Assembly (NCBI GenBank): GCA_039588275.1
Contig: JBDHAC010000006.1
Span: 1 to 64,000 of the forward strand
Reading direction: 5' to 3'
Length of the DNA stretch: 64,000 nucleotides
Source of the DNA: Gemmatimonadota bacterium
GTDB lineage: Bacteria > Gemmatimonadota > Gemmatimonadetes > Palauibacterales > Palauibacteraceae
The position numbers were made by a program, and so were the translations under genes. Positions 38,447 to 49,070 of the stretch are shown piece by piece. The notes beneath the pieces were generated by a model. It made no database searches. It worked only from the letters and a program-made list of their open reading frames with translations, and was not told the origin of the DNA. Each line of letters starts with the position of its first letter. The stretch's first letter is position 1.

Positions 38447-41221
38447 TCAGCCGAACTTGGTGTCGTACCATGTGGACCCCACACCCAGATCCACTTTCAG
38501 GGGCACGGCCAGCTCGATCGCACGCTCCATCTCGGAACGAACGAGCGCGCTGACCGCGTCGATCTCCGTTTCAGGCGCCTCGATCAGGAGCTCATCGTGG
38601 ACCTGCAGCAGCATCCTGGCCCCGGTATCCGCCAGCCGCTCGTGCAGCTCGATCATCGCGATCTTGATCAGGTCCGCGGCGGTTCCCTGTATGGGGGAGT
38701 TCGTCGCGGTGCGCTCGCCAAACCCGCGCTGACCCGGGTTGCGTGACCGGATTTCCGGAACATAGCGCCGACGCCCGATCAGCGTCTCGACGTATCCCTT
38801 CTCGCGCGCCATCTCCTTCATCTGCTCGAGGTAGTCGGCCACGCCCCTGAAGCGCTCGAAGTACTGATCGATGAACTGTCGCGCCTCGGTTCGCGAGATC
38901 CCGAGCTGGGCCGCCAGCGCCACGGGTCCCTGCCCGTAGATCGTGGCGAAGTTGATCGTCTTCGCCTGGTCCCGCATGGCCGGGGTCACACGCCCGGATT
39001 CCACTCCGAAGATCAGCGCCGCCGTCTCGCGATGAATGTCGCGATCCGCGCCGAACGCCTCCAGGAAGACCGGATCGCCCGACAGGTGCGCGAGCACCCG
39101 TAGCTCGATCTGAGAGTAGTCGGCGCCGATGAGGAGTTGACTGGGAGCCGGCACGAACCCTTTGCGGATCTCGCGACCGAGGGGCGAGCGGATCGGGATG
39201 TTCTGGAGGTTCGGATCGGACGAAGAGAGGCGCCCCGTAGCGGTGACGGTCTGGTTGAAGGAGGTGTGGATCCGTCCATCCTCTGGAGAGACGAGAAGCG
39301 GCAGCTTGCTCACGTACGTCGAGTCCAGCTTGTCCAGCTCGCGGTGCTCGAGGATCAGCCGGGGCATCGCGTGGCCCATTCCGGCCAGCTGCTCCAGCAC
39401 GCTCTCGTCGGTGGATGGACCGGTCTTCGTCCGTTTCACCACCGGTAGCTCGAGCTTCTCGAACAGCAGCTCCCGCATCTGCGGGACGGATCGGAGATTG
39501 ACCTCTTCGCCCGCCACCTTGCGGATCTCGTCGCTCACGAGCTCCAATTCCGCTCGCAGCTTCTCCCCGAGCGCCGCGAAGAAATCCACGTCGATCGCGA
39601 TCCCGACACGCTCCATGTGGGCGAGCACGGGCAGGAGCGGCATTTCCACCGTCTCGAACAGGCGCTCCATGCCGTGTGCGCGAAGCTCGTCCCGCTGCGG
39701 CTCCAGCAGACGGAGCGAGTAATCGGCGCCTTCGCACGCGTGCGTCATCGCCGCTTCTCGCGCCACCTGATCGAGCGGCGTCGCGGCGCGTCCACTGCCG
39801 CTCAGGTCCTTCGCCGTCCGCAGCTGCGCCGAGAAGCGGTCGAGCGCGAGGAGATCGAGCGAGCGCTCGCGGGCCGCCGGGTCCAGGCAGTACGAAGCGA
39901 CGGCCGTGTCGAACGCGAGCCCGCCCAACCCGACACCGACCCGCGAGAGCAGCTGGAGCGCGTACTTGAGGTCGTGCCCCACCTTGGGGCGATCCGACTC
40001 GAGGAGCCGGCGCACGTCCTCCATCTCGGGGGCGTCGAGTGGCGGCAGGTTGGCGACCTCCTCCGCATCCAGTCCCAGCGTCGGATTCCCCTGCGCATCG
40101 CGGACGACTTCGGGGGGACGGTGGCCCAGCGGGAGGTAGAACGCGCGTCCGGGCTCGGCGGATAAAGCGATCCCGACGAGCCGGGCGCGCAGTGGATCCA
40201 CGGTCGTGCCCAGGGCGAACACGGCCAGGGGCTCGGCCTCGCGCAGCTCGCGCGCCATGGCACTCGCGCGCTCCGCCGTCTCGACCAGCTCGTAGTCCAC
40301 GCCGGTGACCGGCGCCGCGTCCGCCGTGGGCTCGACCTCGCGGAGGAGATTGTGGAACTCGAGCTCGAGGAAGATGGCCTGTACGCGCTCCCGATCTGGT
40401 TGTTCGCGTTCCAGCCCGCCCAAATCCAGCTCGACCGGGGCGTCGCTCCGGATCGTGACCAGCTCTTTGGAGAGGCGCGCCTCCTCGGCGTGCGCCTGGA
40501 GGGCGTTTCGGGCGCGCTCGCTCGACACCTCCTCCGCGTGAGCCAGGATTCCCTCCAGATCGCCGAACTCCCGGATGAGCCCTGGTGCCGTCTTCTTCCC
40601 GATCCCCGGGACACCGGGGACGTTGTCCGAGCTGTCACCGAGCAACGCCAGATAGTCCGTGACCCGCTCCGGAGGGACTCCGAAGCGATCTTCCGCGTTG
40701 TCGAGCGAGACCCACTCCTGCTCGACCCCCGCCGGGCCGCCCCGTCCGGGGTTGAGCAAGGCCGTATCCTCGTCGATCAGCTGGTGGAAGTCCTTGTCCC
40801 CGGAGACGATCACGGTGCGAAGACCGGCGTCGGCGGCCTGCGAGGAGAGCGTTCCGATCACGTCGTCCGCTTCCCACCCGTCGGCCTCGATTACCGGCAC
40901 CCGGAACGCCTCGAAGATCTCTCGACAGCGTGGCAGCGACGCTCGGAGCTCATCCGGCATCTTCTCGCGGGTCGCCTTGTATTCCGGGAAGAGCTCCGTG
41001 CGGAAGCTGTCTCCGGCGTCGAACACCACCCCGAGATAGGCGGGGTCGTGATCCTCGATCAGCCTCAGGAGAAAGCGGGCGATACCGTACGGTGCGGATG
41101 TGTTCTCACCGCTCGAAGTGGTGAGCGGTCGGCTGATCATCGCGAAGAAGGCTCGATAGATCAGCGCGTAGCCGTCGAGCAGAAAGAGACGGGGTCGGTC
41201 GCCGGGTGTTTCGTTCGGCAT
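38447..41221 (-). CDS. polA: DNA polymerase I
   Basis: LLDGYALIYRAF 5'-3' exonuclease, TGRLSSSDPNLQNIP, DYSQIELR, QVHDEL. Confidence 0.98.
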   Translation of the reverse strand: MPNETPGDRPRLFLLDGYALIYRAFFAMISRPLTTSSGENTSAPYGIARFLLRLIEDHDPAYLGVVFDAGDSFRTELFPEYKATREKMPDELRASLPRCREIFEAFRVPVIEADGWEADDVIGTLSSQAADAGLRTVIVSGDKDFHQLIDEDTALLNPGRGGPAGVEQEWVSLDNAEDRFGVPPERVTDYLALLGDSSDNVPGVPGIGKKTAPGLIREFGDLEGILAHAEEVSSERARNALQAHAEEARLSKELVTIRSDAPVELDLGGLEREQPDRERVQAIFLELEFHNLLREVEPTADAAPVTGVDYELVETAERASAMARELREAEPLAVFALGTTVDPLRARLVGIALSAEPGRAFYLPLGHRPPEVVRDAQGNPTLGLDAEEVANLPPLDAPEMEDVRRLLESDRPKVGHDLKYALQLLSRVGVGLGGLAFDTAVASYCLDPAARERSLDLLALDRFSAQLRTAKDLSGSGRAATPLDQVAREAAMTHACEGADYSLRLLEPQRDELRAHGMERLFETVEMPLLPVLAHMERVGIAIDVDFFAALGEKLRAELELVSDEIRKVAGEEVNLRSVPQMRELLFEKLELPVVKRTKTGPSTDESVLEQLAGMGHAMPRLILEHRELDKLDSTYVSKLPLLVSPEDGRIHTSFNQTVTATGRLSSSDPNLQNIPIRSPLGREIRKGFVPAPSQLLIGADYSQIELRVLAHLSGDPVFLEAFGADRDIHRETAALIFGVESGRVTPAMRDQAKTINFATIYGQGPVALAAQLGISRTEARQFIDQYFERFRGVADYLEQMKEMAREKGYVETLIGRRRYVPEIRSRNPGQRGFGERTATNSPIQGTAADLIKIAMIELHERLADTGARMLLQVHDELLIEAPETEIDAVSALVRSEMERAIELAVPLKVDLGVGSTWYDTKFG

Positions 41222-41250
41222 CTAGCGGACGGTCCACAGGGGATGATTTC

Positions 41251-41291
41251 AAAAAAAAGAACGCGCCCCGGCCGCTGGGCGGGGCGCGTTC
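41251..41291 (-). terminator. Rho-independent terminator of csp
   Basis: GAACGCGCCCC stem followed by T8 on the minus strand. Confidence 0.85.
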
Positions 41292-41314
41292 GAGCGTCCG
41301 GAGCTCCTCAGGCG

Positions 41315-41521
41315 CTAGCTGGGCTTCGCGACCCTCGTCGCGTGGAGGCCCTTGTCACCTTGGGTGAACTCGTAGTCCACCTCCATCCCTTCCGACAGCG
41401 TCTTGTAGCCGTCCATATCGATGGAACTGTAGTGAACGAACACGTCGTCACCACCATCGGTTTGCTCGATGAATCCGTAACCCTTGGCATCGTTAAACCA
41501 CTTCACCCGACCTACTGGCAT
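41315..41521 (-). CDS. Cold-shock protein
   Basis: GRVKWFNDAKGYGFI, DVFVHYS. Confidence 0.97.
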   Translation of the reverse strand: MPVGRVKWFNDAKGYGFIEQTDGGDDVFVHYSSIDMDGYKTLSEGMEVDYEFTQGDKGLHATRVAKPS

Positions 41522-41667
41522 CTACGGCCTCCTACGACGAAAAGACGGGTCTAGCAACGTCCGAGGGTGGCCCCTCGGGGGAAAGTCGCTCGTATGCTAC
41601 CGATGGGATTCGAATCCGTCAACACGGCTCGGAGCGCTCTCTTCGGACGCTCGCCGGCGTCCCGGAA

Positions 41668-44148
41668 TCAGGGGTCGGCGACCGCGTCCCAGGGTCCGTA
41701 CAGGCGGTCGTAGATCGCGATAAGCTCGGTGACCGCCCGCACGTATTCACGCGTCTCGCGGAACGGAATACGTTCGACGAACTGGTCCTCGCCCGCCGCC
41801 AATTCCGGAAACTCGCGCCACGAGAGCCAGCGGTGGGGACCCGCGTTGTACGAGATGAGCCCCGCCAACCGCGAGCCGCCGAAGCGACCCAGGACATCCG
41901 CCATGTACCTCGTCCCGAGCAGCAGGTTGACCTGTGGTACGGTGAGCTGCGAGCGCCGGTATTCCGGCAGCCCGGCGCGGCGTGCGACGTCCTGCGCGGT
42001 GCGGGGCAGGAGCTGCATCAGACCGACGGCGTTCGCCCCGGAGACGATCTCCGGATCGAAGAGCGACTCCCGTCGCGCGACGCCGGCGACCAGCTGGGGC
42101 GGGAGTCCGCGCGCGCGCGCGGCACTCACCAGCGCATCGCCGAACGGGAGCGGATACACGGCCTCGAGCAAAGGTACGCTCCAGCGCTCGCGTCTGGCCT
42201 TCACGCGCCACGCTAGGCGGACCCCTTCCTGGGTCCAGCCCGCCCGGTTCAGGGCTAGCGCGAAGGCGAGGAGTTGATCCAGGTCGGTCGGACCCTCTCC
42301 CCGGGCCGCGTCCAGCTCTCGCCGCGCACGTGCCCTCCAGCCCAGCTCGCGCAACAGGTCCATGCGCTCCAAAGCGTCCCGAAATCGCCGATCCAGCTCG
42401 GGCAGCGCTCCGACCGAATCGAGGCGGAGCGAGACCCACCGGTCACGCGCGACCCGCGCCTCGGCCAGGATCGCGTAGTAGTCCAGCGGATCGCGCGCGA
42501 TCGTCTCGAGGAACTGCGCGCGTGCCGTCGCCGTGTCTCCTTCGGCCTCGTACGCCCGCGCCGTCCAGTAGACGGCGCCCTGAGACCAGGAGCCCCGCGG
42601 GTAGCGGCGGCGGTACTCCTCCAGGCGGTCACGCGCTTCGGGGTACGCGCCCTCGAGGAAGTCCAGCATCGCCAGGCGCGAGAGGGAGCGGGCGCCGTAC
42701 GTAGTGCGGGGGAAGCGATCGACGGTGGAGGCGTACCGTTCGCGAGCCTGCTCGAGCCGTCCGGCGTCGTGGTCCCCGTCCGCGAGGAGATACGAGGCCA
42801 GTGCAGCCGAGACCCCCTCACCCGAGGCCGCCGTCTCGAACGCCTCCCGCGCGGCGCGCGTCTGACCCAGGGCGCTGAACGTGCGCGCCGCGAGCAACCA
42901 GATCGATGCCTGACGCGATGCGGGCAGCGCGTCCCCACCCAGCCACGGGCCGAGCTCGGCTATCGCCCGATCGAGATCGCCCGCGGCCCGGTGCGCCGCA
43001 GCGAGTCGCTCGGCGATGGCGGGAACTTCCGAGGCGGGTGCCTGCCGCAGCGCCTGCGCCAGGTACTGCCGGCCGCGTACGCTGCGACCAGAGCGGAGAT
43101 CTGACATCCCTACGGCGCGCGTGGTGCCCCATGACTCGTCCAATTCGAGCAAGGCGGGTCCGACCTCCGCACCCACCCGCCGCGATCGCAGCGCGGCACG
43201 GTATGCGTCCTCGGCGCCTTCGTCGTCGCCGATCCAGTGCAGGTAAGGCGCGATATGATCGCCGGCCAGGCGGTCGAACACCCCACCACCCGCCTCGCGC
43301 GCGAGCGCGACGCCCCGCTCGGGATCGCCGAGCTCGAACCAAAGCCGAGCGAGCGTGAGATCTATGGAGTCCGCGGGGACCAGCGGGTCCTCCCGCAGTT
43401 GCGTCGCGAGCTCCTTTACCGAAGCGCCATCCTCTGCCTCGGCGCGGCGGTACAGCGCCGAGAGCCGCAGCCACGGTCCGAGCGCGGGGTGCTCATCCGC
43501 GGCCTGCTCGAGCTGGGCGGCCGCCGCCGCGGGATGGCCGAGGCGCGTCAACGCGCCCGCGTACCGCACCCGGACTTCCACCGGCGGCGGCTGAGGCCGA
43601 AGATCGGCTTCCAGGTACGCCTGGTAGGCATCGCCTGCGGCGGAAAGGCTGTCGAGACCCAGATATGCTCGCGCCAGGAGGCGCTGCCCGGCACCCTCTT
43701 CGAACTCCTGGAGCCAAGGCTGCTCGACGAGCAGGCGTCGCACCGCGGGCCACGCTCGGTGATCCGCGTACGCGCGCGCCGCCAGGATGACGGCCTCGGG
43801 ACCCGCGAGGCGACCGCTGGACAGGTCGCGCGCGAGGGCGCGGCTCGCCGTCACGGGCATGTCGGCGCCGAGCAAGCGCTCCGCCTCCTCGAGCAGAGCC
43901 GCCGTTTCGGTCTCCGGATCAGGGCGGTCGGCCGGCTCCGCGGCTTCCCCGGGCCCAACCGCCGGTGGTGGAGCCGGCACGCTGTCCGGCGCCTGCATCG
44001 CGGTCACGCCGCCCGCGAGCGGGAAAGTAGCCGCGAGCGCCAGGGTGGGTGCCAGCGCCCACGGCAACCCCGCCGCGCGCACGGTCCATCCTGACGCACG
44101 AGCGGCCCGTCTTCGCTCGATGGCCGACGGGCCGCTCGGCTGGCTCAT
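41668..44148 (-). CDS. Lytic transglycosylase (Slt family) with TPR region
   Basis: RRES.F, GLMQL, SYNAG, IPFRETREYV. Confidence 0.92.
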   Translation of the reverse strand: MSQPSGPSAIERRRAARASGWTVRAAGLPWALAPTLALAATFPLAGGVTAMQAPDSVPAPPPAVGPGEAAEPADRPDPETETAALLEEAERLLGADMPVTASRALARDLSSGRLAGPEAVILAARAYADHRAWPAVRRLLVEQPWLQEFEEGAGQRLLARAYLGLDSLSAAGDAYQAYLEADLRPQPPPVEVRVRYAGALTRLGHPAAAAAQLEQAADEHPALGPWLRLSALYRRAEAEDGASVKELATQLREDPLVPADSIDLTLARLWFELGDPERGVALAREAGGGVFDRLAGDHIAPYLHWIGDDEGAEDAYRAALRSRRVGAEVGPALLELDESWGTTRAVGMSDLRSGRSVRGRQYLAQALRQAPASEVPAIAERLAAAHRAAGDLDRAIAELGPWLGGDALPASRQASIWLLAARTFSALGQTRAAREAFETAASGEGVSAALASYLLADGDHDAGRLEQARERYASTVDRFPRTTYGARSLSRLAMLDFLEGAYPEARDRLEEYRRRYPRGSWSQGAVYWTARAYEAEGDTATARAQFLETIARDPLDYYAILAEARVARDRWVSLRLDSVGALPELDRRFRDALERMDLLRELGWRARARRELDAARGEGPTDLDQLLAFALALNRAGWTQEGVRLAWRVKARRERWSVPLLEAVYPLPFGDALVSAARARGLPPQLVAGVARRESLFDPEIVSGANAVGLMQLLPRTAQDVARRAGLPEYRRSQLTVPQVNLLLGTRYMADVLGRFGGSRLAGLISYNAGPHRWLSWREFPELAAGEDQFVERIPFRETREYVRAVTELIAIYDRLYGPWDAVADP

Positions 44149-44235
44149 GCTCCGGTTTGTATCCCGTCCCCTCCGCACCACACCCCCGTGTCCCCGATCC
44201 ACCTCCCGTGGATCGCTCGAAGAGCCCGCGAGCCG

Positions 44236-47196
44236 CTAGAACGGGCTGAAGTCGTACCGGATCCGCGCCATCCCGAAGCGCCCGAGCACTGGCGCCCCCA
44301 CGAACGTCTGATAATGGTTGTCGAACACGTTCTGGACGTCCAACTGCAGCCACACGCCCTCCAGGCCGGGGAGCTTGTAGCCGAGACCCACGTCCACGAC
44401 CGCGAACGCATCCACGTGCCCGATATACACGGCCGAATTCGCCTCGAACCCGTTCTGGTACCGGAAGCGAACCTGGCTGTTGAAGCCTCCCTCGCTCCGG
44501 TATGAGAGGGCCGCGGTGCTCTTCACGGTCGGCGCGTTCAGCGGCACCAGCTCCTCCACGCCCCTCGCGCTCGTCTCGAACTCATCCTTGTCCACGATCG
44601 ACAGGGTCGTGGCGAGCTCCCACTCATCGCTGAGCAGGAAGTTTGCCACCACCTCGGCACCGAAGACATCCAGGCTACCCAGGTTCTCGTACACGAAGGC
44701 GAGCGTGGCATCCGTTCCTCCGACGCTCTGCGGCGTCACCACGCCGAGCGGGACCCTGCCGATAGTCGAAGCCAGACTAGCGGCCGTTGCCTGCGCCGTC
44801 GCCGCGTCGGGGAACGCGATGCCGACCAGCGGGAGGAACTGTGTGGTCAGATAGACGCCGATGTCCTGTCCGTTCAGGAACACGTTCGGCGAGGCGATCC
44901 GGAGCGCGGAGGTGAAGTCCGTGATGTGACTCCACCAGCCGTTGATCCCCAGCAGTACCCGGCCACCCAGGAGCCCTTTGTATCCGACCTCGAACGTATT
45001 GGTGATCGTCGGCTTGAGCCGATCGAAGTCCTGGATACCGGCCAGGCCTCCGGGCGTGACGCAGAAGGGCGGCGCCGGGCAATCTCCGGTCGCCGGGGCG
45101 CCGAGCTGGAGGCTCGGATCGAGCGTGAGCGCCACGATCCCGATATCGCTCTCGCCCGGCGGGGCGATCAGCCCGAGAAGCGCCCCCGCCTGCGCGTCCT
45201 GCGCCGCGACGAGCGCCACTGCCTCCTGCCACAGCTGCGCCGTCGTCGTGGGAAGGAACTGCCGTGGGCTGCCTCCCAGCAGGACGTTGAACGGCGACAT
45301 GTGCATCGGGATCCCGTTCGCATCCCGCATGAACTGGTGGCCCACCTCCGTGCTACCGGTCGCCCGGATGTCATACCGGAAGGGACCGCCGAGCGGCAGT
45401 CGCTCCCCGGAGATGTCCAGGAACAGATTCAGCGTCGTCGGGGTCGAGAAGGCCCGGTTGAACGTGGCGCGGATGCTGCTTCCCGGATCCGGCTTGTAGA
45501 CCAACGCGGCGCGTGGCGAGAACACCGGATCTTCCAACCGCGAGTGGTCATCCAGCCGCGCCGCGGCCACGAAGTCCAGCTTCGGGTCGAGGGCCCACTC
45601 CCACTGCAGGTAGCCGCCGATCTCGGTGACGTTGTCGTCATCGTCGTTCTTGCCGTTGATCGTGCCCTCGGTGTCGGGCGTGGTTCGAATCAGATCGGCG
45701 CCGTAGATGAAGCGGTGTGTCTCGCCGAGCCGCGCGGCGTGCTGGAGCTGGCCCACGAAGATCTGCGATTTGTCGATCAGCGGGCGACCCGAACGGAGCA
45801 GATACGTCTTGTCGTTGTCGCTCTTGTTCCAGAAGAACTGCGCGAACAGGTCCCGGTGGTTGATCCGCGCCTGTGCGTAGTTGTACGCCCAGTCAATGAC
45901 CTGTGCGGCACCCAGACCGGTCAGATCGACGCTGCTTATCGCGGTCGTCCGTCCGCCGGACAGGATCACGCTGGTCTCCGGAGTGGGTCGCCAGTCGATG
46001 CGGCCGTCCAGCGTCCAGCGCTCGAGGTTGTTGTCGCGGCCCTGGCATGAGGTCCCGCCGGAGTTGGGGCGGCATACGTTGTTGACGCTGGTCTGAAGGA
46101 GTGCCTGGTCCGCGGGATCCGTGAGGTCGAGACCCTCGGAGAACGCCAGGCAGTCCGGGTTGTTGAGATTGAACCCGCTCTGGATGCACGAGAGCGCATC
46201 TTCCCTCTCCCCGGCTTCCTCGGTGTCGATGAACGTGTACTCCGTGCCCTTGAAGTACTGGCCCGACACCTTCATACCGAATTGCTCGGAGGGGGCGATG
46301 GCGATGCGGCCCTCGCCGTGAAACAGGCCCTCATCGCTACCGCTGAACGGAAGCCCCCCGGCAACCTGAGACGGGTCGTCCTCGCTCGATTGCTGCCGCA
46401 GGCCGCCGGCCACGGAGAAGCTCACCCCCGGATGGTCGATCGGCGAGCGGGTGAGCGAGTGGATCACGCCGTTGGCCGCGTTCGGCCCGTAGAGCGCCGA
46501 GCCCGGCCCGAGCACCACTTCGACCTTGTCCAGGTCCAGGTTGGTGGTCGGGGTCAGGTGCGAGATGTTGGCGCGCAGCGAAGGTACCCGGCTGATCCGG
46601 TTGTCGGTCAGCGTGAGCGACGCGCCCGAGAAGATGTTGTTGAACCCGCGCACCACCACGTAGCTGGTCTGCACCCCGGTCTGGATGACGTCCACGCCAG
46701 CTTTGCTCTTTACGTGATCGATCGTGGTGACCGATGGCCGTTCCTGAATGTCGAGCGAGCTCACGACCTCCACCGCCGCGGGCGCATCGAGCACCTTTTC
46801 CTCGGTCCTCGATGCCGTCACCGTGATCGGGTTCAGGCTGTAGCTCCCCTCGGTCATGGTGGCCGAGACGCTCGTGAGCTGCCCCGCGGTCACGGTCTGT
46901 CCGGTCAGCGTGGCCGTGTTCCAGCCCGGTGACGTGAAGCGGATCGTGTAGGTTCCGGCCGGGACGCCATTGATGCGGAACGCACCGCCCGGCCCTGATG
47001 TGCCGTTCGCCACGACGGCTCCCGACGCATCCATGACCTCCACCAGGACCGCGGCCAGCCCGGCGGCGGTCGCGTCGTCGCGCACCGTGCCGGCGACGCC
47101 ACCGACCTGTCCCAAGGCCGTTTTGGGGAACAGGAGAAGCAAGAGGAGCGGGAGAGCCGCAAGCGAGAGCCGAACCGAACGCGAGCAGGTATTCAT
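44236..47196 (-). CDS. TonB-dependent receptor
   Basis: ITVTASR, EVVLGPGSALYG..AANGVI plug, NVFD..Y and C-terminal Phe. Confidence 0.95.
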   Translation of the reverse strand: MNTCSRSVRLSLAALPLLLLLLFPKTALGQVGGVAGTVRDDATAAGLAAVLVEVMDASGAVVANGTSGPGGAFRINGVPAGTYTIRFTSPGWNTATLTGQTVTAGQLTSVSATMTEGSYSLNPITVTASRTEEKVLDAPAAVEVVSSLDIQERPSVTTIDHVKSKAGVDVIQTGVQTSYVVVRGFNNIFSGASLTLTDNRISRVPSLRANISHLTPTTNLDLDKVEVVLGPGSALYGPNAANGVIHSLTRSPIDHPGVSFSVAGGLRQQSSEDDPSQVAGGLPFSGSDEGLFHGEGRIAIAPSEQFGMKVSGQYFKGTEYTFIDTEEAGEREDALSCIQSGFNLNNPDCLAFSEGLDLTDPADQALLQTSVNNVCRPNSGGTSCQGRDNNLERWTLDGRIDWRPTPETSVILSGGRTTAISSVDLTGLGAAQVIDWAYNYAQARINHRDLFAQFFWNKSDNDKTYLLRSGRPLIDKSQIFVGQLQHAARLGETHRFIYGADLIRTTPDTEGTINGKNDDDDNVTEIGGYLQWEWALDPKLDFVAAARLDDHSRLEDPVFSPRAALVYKPDPGSSIRATFNRAFSTPTTLNLFLDISGERLPLGGPFRYDIRATGSTEVGHQFMRDANGIPMHMSPFNVLLGGSPRQFLPTTTAQLWQEAVALVAAQDAQAGALLGLIAPPGESDIGIVALTLDPSLQLGAPATGDCPAPPFCVTPGGLAGIQDFDRLKPTITNTFEVGYKGLLGGRVLLGINGWWSHITDFTSALRIASPNVFLNGQDIGVYLTTQFLPLVGIAFPDAATAQATAASLASTIGRVPLGVVTPQSVGGTDATLAFVYENLGSLDVFGAEVVANFLLSDEWELATTLSIVDKDEFETSARGVEELVPLNAPTVKSTAALSYRSEGGFNSQVRFRYQNGFEANSAVYIGHVDAFAVVDVGLGYKLPGLEGVWLQLDVQNVFDNHYQTFVGAPVLGRFGMARIRYDFSPF

Positions 47197-47309
47197 ACCG
47201 CCTCCGGGGTTCCAGGCGCACACCGCCATCGGTGGAAAAAGGGACAGAAGCGTCAGAAAACTCGAAATTGGGTATGAGGGGCGCAAGTGCGGGGCTCGGA
47301 TCACGATGC

Positions 47310-47338
47310 AAAAAGGCCCGGGCGGGCGGCCCGGGCCT
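47310..47338 (-). terminator. Rho-independent terminator after exbB-like gene
   Basis: AGGCCCGGGC stem + T5 on the minus strand. Confidence 0.75.
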
Positions 47339-47389
47339 CTCGTCGATCTGGGCGATCCGGGTCCTCTGAAGACCCGTTCCAGCCGTGCC

Positions 47390-48094
47390 TCAGCGGGCGG
47401 CGGCGCGTGCCTCGCGCTCGTGCAGAGCGTCGATCATCCGCTGCGCGCTCTCCTCCATGTCGATCACCAGGCGGTCGATCCGCGTGACGAAGTAGTTGTG
47501 CATGATGTTGATCGGGATCGCGATCGTCAGACCGGTGGCGGTCGTGATGAGGGCGACCTTGATCCCTCCGGCCACCAGCGTCGCCTCGACCTCACCCGCA
47601 ATCTCGATCGCCTGGAAGGCCATGATCATCCCGATCACGGTTCCGAGGAAGCCCAACAGCGGCGCCACGTTCGCGAGCGTGGCGAGCCACACGAGGCCCC
47701 TCTCGAGACCGGCCACCTGGATCGCGCCGGCGTTCTCGATCGCCTGCATGACGCGCTCCGTGCCTTCCTCGTGACGGCGCAAGCCTGCCTTGAGGATCTC
47801 GGCGGCGGGCGATTTCGAATCCTCGCACCTGGCGAGCGCCTCATCGAGCCGCCCCTGCGCGATCATCCCGTCCACGTCGCCCAGCAGCGTTCGCGTCCGG
47901 GCTGCCTTGGCCTGCAGATCGAAGAACTTCCAGATGATGATTAGGATGCCGATCGCCAGAGCAGCGCCGAGCGGCCACATCATGAATCCACCCGAGGCCC
48001 AGATGTCTCCCAGGTTGAGGGACTGACCCTCGCCGAGTCGCGGCGATGTCTCCTGAATCGCCCAGAGTGTCGCAGCGAACAATGGTCTCTCCAA
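47390..48094 (-). CDS. exbB: MotA/TolQ/ExbB proton channel protein
   Basis: APLLGFLGTVIGMI, GIKVALITTATGL. Confidence 0.92.
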   Translation of the reverse strand: MERPLFAATLWAIQETSPRLGEGQSLNLGDIWASGGFMMWPLGAALAIGILIIIWKFFDLQAKAARTRTLLGDVDGMIAQGRLDEALARCEDSKSPAAEILKAGLRRHEEGTERVMQAIENAGAIQVAGLERGLVWLATLANVAPLLGFLGTVIGMIMAFQAIEIAGEVEATLVAGGIKVALITTATGLTIAIPINIMHNYFVTRIDRLVIDMEESAQRMIDALHEREARAAAR

Positions 48095-48209
48095 CGGTAA
48101 AGTTAATTCATCGCCGGAAGCTGCCGGCGGCGCCTGAAGGCAGGCCGGACCAAGCTAGGCGGGGGCTCAGGGCGCGTCAAGTCGGGCTTTTCGCCCTCCG
48201 TGGGGTGGC

Positions 48210-49067
48210 TTATTCGGCTATGCGCGGCAACCTCGGCACGGCCTCGAGCAGGCTCCGCGTGTAGGTCTCGCGCGGTCGCTCGAACAGCTCCGTGGTCGTG
48301 CCGCGCTCGACGATTTTCCCCTCCTGCATGACCAGGACCCGGTCGCAGATCTGACGGACCACGGCCAAGTCGTGCGAGATGAGCAGATAGGTGAGTCCGA
48401 GCGCGCGGCGGAGCTCGGCCATGAGCTCGAGCACCTTCGCCTGAACGGAGACGTCGAGGGCCGAAACCGGCTCGTCAGCGATGATCACCCGCGGCCCGAG
48501 GCACAGGGCGCGTGCGATCCCGATGCGCTGCCGTTGTCCCCCCGAGAACTCGTGCGGATACCGGCGCTCGGAGCCGGCGTCGATTCCCACCTGCTCGAGG
48601 AGCTCCGCCACACGCCGCTCGGCCTCCTCGCCGCGCCCCAGATCGTGGACGGCGAGTATCTCGCGCAGGGCGCCGCCGACGGTGATGCGCGGGTTCAACG
48701 ACGCGAACGGATCCTGGAACACGACCTGCACCGAGCGGCGGAAGCGCAGACGGTCCTCGGGTGATTGCGTCGAGAGTCCTCGACCCTCGAACAGGACCTC
48801 GCCCTCGTCCGGTTCTTCGAGACCCAGGAGAAGCCTTCCGAGCGTGCTCTTCCCGCTTCCCGACTCACCCACCAAACCCACCGCCTCGCCCGGTCGCAGC
48901 ACGAGCGACGCCTGTTGCACGGCCACCAGATCCGGCGCGGGCCGACCCATCGACCGACGGACGCCGTACCGCCGGCTGACCTGGCGCGCCTCCAGGATCG
49001 GCGCGCCATCTCCCGAAACCGGGGCCGACGTCATAGCGCTCGATTCCTCACTGTTATCGGGCGTCAT
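48210..49067 (-). CDS. Peptide ABC transporter ATP-binding protein (OppF/DppF-like)
   Basis: GESGSGKS, FSGGQRQR, ADEPVSALD. Confidence 0.95.
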   Translation of the reverse strand: MTPDNSEESSAMTSAPVSGDGAPILEARQVSRRYGVRRSMGRPAPDLVAVQQASLVLRPGEAVGLVGESGSGKSTLGRLLLGLEEPDEGEVLFEGRGLSTQSPEDRLRFRRSVQVVFQDPFASLNPRITVGGALREILAVHDLGRGEEAERRVAELLEQVGIDAGSERRYPHEFSGGQRQRIGIARALCLGPRVIIADEPVSALDVSVQAKVLELMAELRRALGLTYLLISHDLAVVRQICDRVLVMQEGKIVERGTTTELFERPRETYTRSLLEAVPRLPRIAE

Positions 49068-49070
49068 CTC

